A DNA stretch of 63,985 bases, filler included, from Choristocarpus tenellus KU-1152 (taxonomy: Eukaryota; Protista; Phaeophyceae), in assembly GCA_964200185.2 (NCBI GenBank). It is 8 parts of 8 records of this genome, joined end to end, with 100 filler letters (N's around TTAATTAATTAA, not from the genome) between each part and the next. Parts side by side here need not be neighbours in the genome. Positions count along the whole stretch, not along the records: positions 1 to 21,799 come from CAXNAD020000322.1; positions 21,900 to 26,677 come from CAXNAD020013096.1; 6 more parts are not named here. One strand, written 5' to 3'. This document shows positions 11,218-22,010 of this stretch, piece after piece. Below the pieces are notes generated by a model. It had not been told where the DNA came from. It was given only the letters and a program-made list of their open reading frames with translations, and made no database searches. Within the stretch, counting starts at the first letter, position 1, and the number at the start of each line of letters is the position of its first letter. The position numbers and the translations under genes are program-made.

Positions 11218-12004
11218 AGCTGTACCTCAATGAAGAAGACATCACACATCAGTTCATTTCTCTAGCCCCCCCAGTGTTTACTTCCCTCCCAATTCTTCTC
11301 CTTGACTCTACACCGACTGACTCTTTCACACCTTCACTCTCGGGATATTTGGACTGGTCCATGTGACAAGAAATGATTGGCCCACATCCACGTACTCATC
11401 CAGAACTGGTGTCACAAATGATAGAGGGGGTTTGGTGTCACTGGAGGGAGACGCCACCCGAAACAGTTCTGAAGCAGTGGATTTCTGCGCAGATATTTTT
11501 GGATGAAAGTTTAGTTTACAATCATGATCGTACTTCAAACTGGGAGTGTAGGAAACAAGTATGGGTAGCAAGGTGCAAAGCGGTTTCGGGGGAGAGAGAA
11601 GACAGAATTGCTGTTGCCTTCTCACACTTCACCGAATCTCTTTCATGTATAAATTATTTTCCTTACGTACACTTCACAAATGCTCTGGAGTGTACATACA
11701 TTACATCTACAAAAGCAGAGCACACAATAATTTCATTTTGATACCATCATTCATTCCCATATCAGCAAAAGGTCCAAAACCCGTTGCTAAGCTCTAAGTT
11801 TCTCTTTTACAAAGGCTCATACACTTTTGTGTAGGGCTTAAACTGCTCAACTCCTCTGTGCACTTGCATTGCATATGTATCCCTGCTACACCTACAAGAG
11901 CATATGTTACTTCACATGTATTCCATGCACATTGTTAATCTTACTGTTTTGCACAACAGAGTTCTATCACAGGTCAACTAAAACTCCCCTCAAGTTTGTA
12001 AAAG

Positions 12005-12044
12005 CTAACCCTAACCCTAACCCTAACCCTAACCCTAACCCTAA
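12005..12044. repeat. Interstitial telomeric repeat (CCCTAA)6-7
   Basis: Perfect ctaaccctaaccc... run. Confidence 0.95.
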
Positions 12045-12394
12045 ACAGTAAGAATGAACACTGCCAGTAATCATTGATCTGGTCTCAATGCCAAAATTAA
12101 TTTGTTTTTTTGTTCCACTATTTATATATCTACTACCTAACCTCCTAGGAGGAAAAAGGACTTGTATACAAGAAAATAGCAAAATGACAACATATTTCAT
12201 CACCCATGTTCTCTGCATAACATCTCATCCCTGTATCTGAAACAACCATACTGTGTGAATTGCCCATAGTCAACACATCTGAGGGGACATGCTCCAACGA
12301 ACTACTCACTGTAACTTTGAGTACATAGAAATTGTATTTGACCTACTCCATACCAGTAGGAATTCATAGGAGTAACAGACTCAATTTGGGAGCG

Positions 12395-15300
12395 TCAGGG
12401 AAAGGGGTGGTCGCAATGCTCAACCTCGAATCTCCTGCTTCCCCATACGGGGCTGATTTCCAGGTAGTAAACACCTTCCTCAACGTCCAAGGGCATGGCC
12501 CATACTGTATGGCCAGTGTTCTTCACCATACCGAGGATTTTCACAACTTTCCCCTGTGGCAGGGCGTGCAGATTGATGTGGTGGTGATGCAATGCGTTGA
12601 TAACAATCAAGAACAAGTGGCAGCTAGTCAGGCAATGCAAGATTGATAAATATGTGCTTGAGCTTGCGAAAGAGTAGGACTGCGTGAGAGACTGGTGACA
12701 GCTATACACCATGTGCTCACTCTTCCCTTTATACTTTTCAGGTCATCAAGGAAGTGATCATTATACATATATGTTGTCCTGGAATTTCGAAACCGAAACG
12801 TTTTCAACAAAGATGCAAGGGTAGAATGGGGAATTTAGGTGCCAATCTGAATGAAAGTATGTTAGGGTTAGGGTACGAATTTTGCCCTGTTTGTCCGTTC
12901 GGGGCTTGGCTTCCCACAGTTTTTTTTGTGATATTTTCCTACTCCAAAATGTTTCAGAGTAGGTAAAATGTGTATGTTATGAAAAGGTGTGTACAGAACA
13001 AGGATATTGACACTTCCTAACAAGCAGGATAGCCCAAATTACGTCAAAATTGCAACATTGGATTTTGTCCCCTAAAATGGACGCGGCTCTACCCTCTAAG
13101 GTACCTTGGCTAATTCTGCTTGTGTTGAGTGGACGTGTTGAGTGGACATGTGGAATGGGCATGTTGAGTGGGCATATTGGGTGGGAGATATTCTTTGGTA
13201 GGTTAGCTGAGAGTAGGACAAAGAATTACCATGCCTTCTAATAGCTACAGTATTGAATACAGTACTCAGCACACCTCCCTGTATCCAAGTACTTATCAAA
13301 AGTAAAGGAGTGCCTGCTGGATCTATATGATGCTTGAGCCATTTTCAGACTACTCCATTTCTCATCGTTCCATCTTCTCATAATCTCTAAGGATTCACAT
13401 CATTACATGCCCTTTTTTTCCCCTTCATTTCTTATCCACTTAGTCTACAACTTAAGATTTCTTCCTTTGAGGTGGCATGATGGATGCTCTGGTCCTTGAT
13501 ATCTCTCACCGTGTCCACATGATTTAGGGTTAGCCAGACATTCCTAATCTTTCCGGTCCAGGTCCAAGTTGCCTGTAGCAGTCCTCCAGCAACTGGAATA
13601 GAGTCTCGGTTTGGTTGCACAAAGTCAAATGAAACCATTTCCTGGGTGAGGCAGGCATTTGTCATGCAAGAATGGCCATGTGAACAAGATAGGCGAAGGT
13701 TAAGGTTGGAGTCTGATCTACCAGGAGGATGCTAAGAAAACTGAGAACTCCAGAGGCACTACGGAGGGGATGGAACATAGAAGGGAGCAACATATTTTGT
13801 AGCGTTTTTTCGCATTTGACCTTGCTTCAGTCACTGCCAACTTTACTCTGCCAACTAAGCCAACCACCATGCAGGTGGTATCAGGCCATATCAATGTGAT
13901 CATTAATTTGTTAAGGGTAAAATTTTCATCAATCAAAATGAAGACATACTGATACAAGGTTTTCTTTTGTGAAATATTTTTTTACTTGAATTTTTCTCCT
14001 ATGTTTTATCAATAGGATATGTAAAAGCTAGAAAGAGGAATAGATACCCAGAATCCCCGCTGTCTGAAGGTTCTTGCATAAATATACACACAATATAGAT
14101 ATTAACGTTAGCATCTATGTATCACCTCCCTTTGAGTCCTACCTCTCCTCAAGAAACCTCTAGTTCGACAAGATATATTTCACTTCTAGTCATGATACTG
14201 CACTCAGAAGCTCTTGTTATTGCCCTCAACATAGATGCCTAGCTGTCCTTGACAACTTGGAGGTATTAAGCTCAAGCAAATTTGAATTCCATATTTGAAT
14301 TTATCTTGATTATAAATGCTTGACTCGAAGTTTTAATGGTTGTTTATGCACCCGAATGAAGAACACATTGCTCCAGCCTATGGCGACACTGGTGGAGGAG
14401 CTGTTATCCTCTCCTGCCCTGCGTAGCTCAAGTGTGGTGTCCATTCCATCTCTGAATAGATTCACCACCTCCCAGGAGTGTTGGCAGATTCTCGCTGATG
14501 TAACCTTCCAAATGGCACAGCACCAAATTCATGGGAGGAATGTGTGTGTGCAATGCACACAATGCTGCATTACATAAACCTTGCACTTACTGTGATTACT
14601 TTGGTTGACGAGAAATTATGCACAATACAATAACAAAGGGTCTACATCTTCAAGAGGACCTTGGTAATAGTATTTGTCACCGTACTCATTGTTAGGGAGA
14701 ATCATATTTTCCGAATCACGTTTGACCCTTATCCAGATGTGATACACAGGTGGGGGGTGCTCTTCAGCTTCACAAGGTTGTAGTCCATAGGGTGACCACA
14801 CACTAAGCAATGAAATCGAAGAGACTTATTCACGCCCCCTTCTTGACAAAAAAGAGTTAGGATGGTATTCAAGCTTGCAGGTCTTAGCTGGACAAACTAG
14901 TTCAATACCCTTCATATGCAGCAATTGTGTGGCCAACTGGACTTGACAGAGCACTCATATGTTTCGCTGAGAAATATAATCAAGTGCCACGTAGATTATG
15001 TGGAGACCCTCCATACCCTACAACAACCCCCTTCTCCCCTTTGCTGACTTGCTCACCGTACAGGCTGTGTCAACCCCTTTGGCCAGTAAGTTCTCTCCCC
15101 CTCCAAGCCCTTTCACCCACAGGTCGACAGACCCGTCTACTGGTTTGTTCTCTGACGAACCTGCTCTGGGAAGCGCCTGCCACATGACTGTAACAACTCT
15201 CCCAACGGTTAGGACCTCGTTCTGCATAGGCTGTTTGATCTAGACTCCATATGCAGTACAGGTGCCGAAGGGGTCAACGGAGTGGATGATAGATACAAGT

Positions 15301-18300
15301 TGAGTTACAGAGATGAGAGGAGGTGGAAAAAGAGGTTGAACGACCAGAGAAAAAGCTTCTGCTTACAGCCCAGCTTGGGGATTAGAGGAAGGAACACAAG
15401 TAAGAGTGTGGAATGACAAGAGAAGTAACAGCACGAGAAAGCAATCAGTTTGAGAGTGTTTGGCGAGTGGCATGGACTAGAGGTGAGAACCATAAAATGT
15501 GGGAGGTTGTATGACCATTTTGTAATGAAATACCCCAAGCAAAATACACAATATGAATAAGAAGTTAGGAACTGTTCGGCGTTTGACAAATGACAACAAA
15601 ATTGCATATGTCAGGTGGTGATAGCTGTGGGTGTAGTAGCTGCTTTGGATGCTCTCACCACAAAGATCGGACTCTCTTCAACCTCTCCTTCATCTGCAGC
15701 TCCCTCCAACTCTCTGCCTGAGACCTTTGTGTTGGTGTAATCTGTGTTCTGGTTGGTCAGGGTATCTATCACCTGCTTTGGATTGAAGATCCTCTCCAAT
15801 TCCCTTTGTTGGGTGTTTCTTGAGATGAAATTCAGGTGCCTTCTCCCGTCACCCACATGTCCTTCAGATGTGGTATTCTGCATATTGAGTTTGCCAGGAG
15901 GATTGAAGAGGGAAGGAGTGGATGGACAGAACCGATGCAACAGATATGCACCTACAAGTGTGTACCTGTACACATGTTAAGTATGTGTCACTCATCTTCT
16001 AATTCGCTGAGAGCTGCAGAAGTAAATCAAATGCCAAGACTGTCATAAAGTCAGACAGTGCCCACACAGGGAGAGAAAAAAGTACTGTGTGTGATCCTTC
16101 TGGATATTTTTCAATTGGTAGCACTTTTTTTCTCTATCACAGTAGTTGCAAGAGAGTATGATCTTGGGGGAAGGGAATGTTCTGTAGGAGTATAAGATTC
16201 TTCTCTGTACAACATGATACATCCAATGTGAACATTGCAATGAGACCTTACGTGGGATTGACTTGCGCCATACTCCTCTCACCGTTGAGATAGACAGACC
16301 ATCTGTACCCGAATTCCCCCCATCTCTCTCAGACGCATCTGCGCCGTCCCAGGCCTTTAGCTTGGTAGAATAGACACTATTTGCCCAACCACCACCACAC
16401 AGCATGTCTATGTCCCCAATGCACGGGCAATCACACTTGACAAACCACCAAGCAAAGGTGTGGTAGAAAGCAGGATACAGCATTTCAGGGGTTGTGACGG
16501 ATCACTCTGTTTATTGTTGGGTTGATGCTAAACATATGAGATGCTTCATTGAAAGGGGAGACAAAGGACATTGTATGTCCTTGTTGAGTTCTACTTGTAT
16601 TATCACATCTATAGTTCATGTTTAACGTATATTAGATGCATAATATGGAAGGCGGTGCTAGTATTACCCACCATGGAATCAAAATGTTTGTATGTCACAA
16701 TCTGCATCAAATGTCTTCATACCTGATCACTCGTCCCCTGTGTTCCATAGTGATTCCCGCATGAACATTCTTCTGACCAGCTGACAGCAAAGTATTTGAA
16801 GCCAAGGTCAAGGCACATATTTCCACACATAACTGGGTTCATGTTGTTGGTGCTGGTTGTGCTGCCGTTCAGGTCCTTTACACATGTTGTTGCGATGTGA
16901 CATGGGGGTGATGACAGGATGGCTTGATGTTCTGTGTTGAGTTCCAGCACTGGTTTGGTTGACTATCACTACGGATCAACCTTTCGGAACTTTACGTCGT
17001 CCTCTAGGGATAAGATACAGTGAGCGTAAGGGAGAAGACTAGGGTTAGGGTTTGTTTGTGGTCATATGATGTAGGACATCGATCCTCAGCTTCCTGCAAC
17101 AATTGAAGTTGCCCATAGCTTTTTGTTGAAACCTCTGGGAATTTCAATATGAAAAAATACAACTTAGTACCTTCAGAAAAAAAAATCATTCAAGGTGCAC
17201 CACTTCATGATAGCAATCCACAATGTCTGCTAGTGTAACCTTCAGATATTCCTGAATATCCACCCCTCTCTGTCTTGGCCAACCATATTATTGTTTTATG
17301 TTTGAAATTTTTCCCCAGTGCTAGCACAAACCACGTACATCATTCTGTATTCCTGGGGGTGGTAGGGCTATTGCCAGACAAGTGCCCTTCAAGTATACAA
17401 AAGGAAATTCCTCCCCATTTTCACCAATTCTGATGCCTCTGACCTATACATACCCTGTGACTTCCATCGACATAGCACCCCAGGTACTGGAAAGGTCCTT
17501 TGGATACCCCCCTTGGAACTGTCATGATTCTTTCAATTATTCCATCTAACATATCTCTGATGCCGTAGATGGTGTTGGCCCACGCACCCCCACAAACCTT
17601 GGAGCTGGGACAGATAGGTATGAGGTCTGTCTTCTATAGGCTTGTTGCGTTTGTGATTGAACTCAGATGAAGATGGGACTGAGAGTGAGATGCTGCTAGT
17701 ACTTGGGACATTCCATTGTTGATGCTTACGTTGAGTATAAATATGCAAGATATACCTCTAGAGGGAGATAAAATTCCCTATCATTGTTGTTGGCTAGTTA
17801 CAAGCAGAGGGAGTAGATGAGGGCCCCTACTGGAAAGTTTGCTTAGATGCCAAATAAGTATAGTAGTCTGAGGATAAACAAAACTAGAAATAGAGGAGGG
17901 AAACTGTTGAAGGTGAAGAGCGATTTATGAGTATTCAAGTAATACAGGAAATGCAGTGGGTATTAAGAGAGAGATTTCTGGACATGTTATGAAGAACACA
18001 ATTCAGAGAGGTTAAACTCTTCAAAAAAATCCCATTAAGAAATATGTCTTCTCATCCTGAGCCTAAGTTCAACCTATAATTTATCTTGGGCAAACGATAT
18101 AGTAATATATCTACCACTAGTCTCAGGTTCAAACTCTTTCAATAGGACTCGTCTCTCTCTCACACACACTGCTCATTAGTACAGTGATACAAACAATGTG
18201 TGAAACTTTCCTTACCTAGAGTGAAAGTATCTTAGAGGGTACGAGTTTTCCCCCTTGTCTATTTGGGGCTTGGCTTCCCATGGGTTTTTTTAATGACATT

Positions 18301-21300
18301 TTCCTACTCCAAAATGTTTCGAATTAGGCAAAATGTACACATTATGAAAAGGTGTGTCCAGAACGTGGATATTGATACTTACCAACAAACACAGTGGTCA
18401 AAATTATATCAAAATCTCAACATTGGATTTTGGCCCCCAAATGGACGCGACTCTACCCTCTAAGATACTTTGGCTCCCTACTAGTTCTTGTCTCCCTGTA
18501 TTCCTCTCTTACTCTATTGCATCTGTCCCTAGCTGTTCCCCCTCACCCTCCTAACCCTCTACGGCTGCACCCTCCCATGAACACCACAGAGAATATCCCA
18601 CATCTCATATTTCCATAGAATCACTCTCTCTCCCGCTTCCTGTATTCTATTATGTATTCTTATTGTCTTATCCCTTTCCCTACATTGTGTTTCTGCCATA
18701 TTCCCTCGTCACCCTCATTTCTAAGCTGCACCTCTTCTAGACCCTCCTCTACCCTTCCTAGTCCTTTCAATCACCTGTCCCCATGGCAAGGCATGACACA
18801 GTTGCCAGCATTGCCGTAAGACCCGGGATCAACACCACATCTGCATTCTCGTCCATACTGTAGCCCAAAGAAAGGGTATCCTAGGGACCGGCACAGGCCA
18901 CCACACACCTATGAAAACATGATATTCATATCCGACATTTCATTGTGTTGGGGTTACAAGAGGAGATTGGGCACGGTGTTTAACCCAAAGCATCCTGGAG
19001 GGGATGAATTATAGCCATTTTGACCTTAAATGGGCATGCAAAATGTTGCGCTTGACATTGGGAGTAATCCCCATCAGGAGTCTGTGAATATTTAATATGT
19101 TTCCATGTCAAGGAAATGGCCTTTTCCAGAACACATAATCCCACAAGTAACATCAAATTCAGAAGGCAGTCAAAAAGGCATAATACGATAAACAGCACCC
19201 CCTCTAGGGATATTTACAACTCGTTTGGGGATTCTTGACAAAATATGACTCAAAGTATCTGGGGGGGGGGGGAGTGGCGACTGTCCATTCGGGGTCCATT
19301 TTTTCTATGTCACGATTCTTGGGTGATTGGTTGTATGCGTTTGATGGCTGATGTAAGTGCACTTTTCCTGGTCTGGGTCCGAATGGACACCCTGGTGTAG
19401 ACCCCTCACCCCTCCCAGATATGTTGAACCTATATATGGTGTGTGGTGTATCAGATTTTTGAAGAGACAGGAAAGAGAGCTAAGTACAGTATCGACATCT
19501 TGATGGGATGAAGCTTTTGTCATATGAATATTCTCATATACATTTGCATGTACACTTTGAAGTACACATGCACCATGTATTTCTTTGCTCCATTTTTTTA
19601 TCCTAGACCTTGCAGTGCTCCCTAACCCATCTTTGTGGCATGGCACAGGGTCACCTGTGGTGTTAGAGTCCCACGGAACGTTCCCCCTGCTTCTGCAAGA
19701 TCACGCATTATTGAAGGATGGTCTCGGAAGCAGCCAATGTGAATGAACTCGTCAATAATGGTTGCAGATTTTGAAGGGAGGCCAGAGGTGTACACAGGAA
19801 ATTGCCCTTCCCCTCGTCCATTAGGCCACGTGATAGTGTCATTTGCCTCAGGACCACGTCCCTGCACCCCAACAACAGGGTTGAGGTCAATTGCACGCTG
19901 CTCCTCCAGCCAGTAGTCACTCTGTCTACCTGGTGCTTCCCTGAGGTTTTCTCCCCGCCTTATTATGCTGTGAGTGGAGTAAAATTGATGAAAGTGGGTA
20001 GGTAAGTGGTTGAGAAGAATGCAATGTGAAAATACTGTTTTTACCCCTGCATGGGCGCACATATCCACCTCAATGGTCCACTATATCCAGATTTTCTTTT
20101 CTTGTACCCTGACCCAAATCATAATTTTTCATACATTCTATTCCTCCCTCCCTTGAACCAAACCTCTATCCTGACAACAATGTTTGCTGACCGATATATG
20201 CTGTTTCTGCTGTATCCTCCACATTGCTCCGATTCATCACCCGAGCAAGCCGTACTGCACTGGTTTTCTGGGACCCTAGGGTGGGAGGATCCCCCATAGT
20301 CATTATCGCAGAAGCACTTCCTGCAATTTCGTTTGTTGTGTCATCAACATGCGTATTTTGATGAGTAAAGTAGGTTTGGAATATTTGAGGACATTGCGAG
20401 AAGGCTGGTGTGTGTGACATCAATCAATTTTAAATCTTATCCGCTCTACAAAAAAGAGATATCCGAGTTAAAGCGGGTATGAATAGACCAAACGGTGAGA
20501 GCTCGATGTAATGAACAGCGGGTTGAGGCAAAGCAGATATCTTGGCATGAACTGGTTTCATGTTATTACGCAAGCACCCTGAGAACCAAGAATGTCCTGT
20601 TCCATTGGGGTAGCATAGGTCACGCTTCCACTCCTTCAACACAGATGATTGTTCTTTGGGGATGAACTACTGTGTCTTGACAGATGAACATAATACAAAA
20701 TATTCTAAAGTATTTCGGTGTACATCTGGTTTTTGTTCATGCTTTGTGCCACCTTCCATTCTGTAGACCAATGATAGACTTCCCACGATCTTCGCACCAG
20801 CTTGCACATGTCTCCAGGGTGAGGTGCTGATCATGCACAATGCAGACGACGCAAAGGGGGGTGGTCAAGGGTGGGGAAATGAAGATATATAGTTCTGTGA
20901 ATGGTGGAGTAAAGGTTGTATCAAACACCATCTGAGATGCCTAAGCCTGTCTCCTTCCCTTTGCTCCTTCTTGCCATCTTATTTCCGTCCTTGGTTTGTA
21001 CAAAATGTGGATTGATGTTGAGAGTACTTAAGATGTATCCAGATCAATCAAGGATAGCAAGACAGGATCTGGATGAAGGACATTGTAGGTAAGGTTGCAG
21101 GGTGAATGTATCTCACTGACTCAATGTGCTATGTGACCTAATCCTCTGTTGTAGGTGTTGCTTTTCATATCACAATCCAGTTCCTCAATCCTAACAGTAC
21201 TTTGCCAAATGCAGCAGTCCTAAGGAGTACAAATTTAGCCCACATCCTTTTCCCAATGTTAAACCAACGGACACCTTGAACACTTTGTTTCCACCCCTCA

Positions 21301-21620
21301 GGTCCCTCTTGAACATTGAGTCCTTGTAGCAGCCTTTGTAGGTAAGAGAGTACAGTGTAGTGACCCCCGCATCAACCTCAGTCTCGGCCTTTTTATCACT
21401 CCTCCCCATTTGCTGGCCCACCATTTCCTGTTCAAGTGCGTGTGCACCTTCATGCCCTTTTTCAGTTCTATTATTGTACCCATTTTCATCCTCACTCCCC
21501 ATCTCCTCTTGACTGTCAAGAGTATCAATCTTCATCTCCCTCATTACCGCCATGGGGGGTGGATCTGTCAACAAGCATGTTCCTGTATCGTCACACACAC
21601 TTTGAAGAATTTTTCCAGGA
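12395..21620 (-). CDS. Multi-exon cell-wall/secreted-type protein: three WSC domains followed by Kre9/Knh1-like Ig-fold segments; 5' end uncertain
   Basis: WSC1: YKGCYKD (~21340) / LTLETCASWC...GLQNG (~20800) / CFCDNDY...CSTACSGDESEQCGGYSRNSIY (~20200-20320). WSC2: HIGCFRD / VCGGLCRSLGYPFFGLQYGRECRCG / CGGAWANTIY. WSC3: YLGCYVD / MNPVMCGNMC...ECSCG / CGGGWANSVY. Later exons read IKQPMQNEVLTVGRVVTVMW (~15240) and NTGHTVWAMPLDVEEGVYYLEI...*, with the stop at 12395. The Ig-like call is weaker than the WSC call. Confidence 0.85.
12849..13112 (-). mobile_element. MITE family A (intronic); one TIR carries TTAGGGTTAGGG
   Basis: Collinear with the other family A copies. Confidence 0.9.
18219..18476 (-). 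mobile_element. MITE family A with CCTA TSD (intronic)
   Basis: CCTA at 18215-18218 and 18477-18480 flanks GAGTGAAAGTATCTTAGAGGG...GATACTTTGGCTC. Confidence 0.95.
19247..19430 (-). mobile_element. MITE family B (intronic)
   Basis: GACTCAAAGTATCTGGGG...CCCAGATATGTTGAACC; the interior is the reverse complement of 7182-7360. Confidence 0.9.
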
Positions 21621-21777
21621 GAATGTGTAAGGAAAATCAGGCAAGGCAAGATAATGCAAGGGCAGGCGTGGGCAGGTACGGGAAAAGGGGGCAAGTGCTC
21701 TCAATTGATGGAATGGAGGACCTCCTACACACACTGTTATTGGTGCTGCTATTGTTGACAAGTTTGCTGCCGGAGAT

Positions 21778-21799
21778 GGGTCAAAGTATCTGGGGGGGG
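21778..21799. mobile_element. MITE family B terminus at a contig end
   Basis: GGGTCAAAGTATCTGGGGGGGG followed by the gap. Confidence 0.75.
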
Positions 21800-21899
21800 N
21801 NNNNNNNNNNNNNNNNNNNNNNNNNNNNNNNNNNNNNNNNNNNTTAATTAATTAANNNNNNNNNNNNNNNNNNNNNNNNNNNNNNNNNNNNNNNNNNNN
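21800..21899. other. Artificial contig linker
   Basis: 44 N + TTAATTAATTAA (stops in all six frames) + 44 N. Confidence 0.98.
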
Positions 21900-22010
21900 C
21901 GCCCCTCTTCCACTCTTTGTGACAATACACAGCTTTTAAACAATGAGATTGGATTTCCCCCCCCCCCCCCCCCACCTGAATCATATTGTTCTTTTCGTAT
22001 TTTTGAACAG

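Noticed and set aside
12005-12044. True chromosome end
   Set aside because: It is only about 40 bp long and is flanked by unique sequence on both sides.
15056-17604. WSC gene as a pseudogene (apparent stop at 15241, apparent frameshift near 17500)
   Set aside because: The TAG at 15241-15243 is a splice acceptor, and recounting the G run at 17507-17512 keeps that exon in frame.
21844-21855. TTAATTAATTAA as a PacI site, piggyBac target or regulatory palindrome
   Set aside because: It is always centred in 44+44 Ns, so it is an artificial six-frame stop linker.
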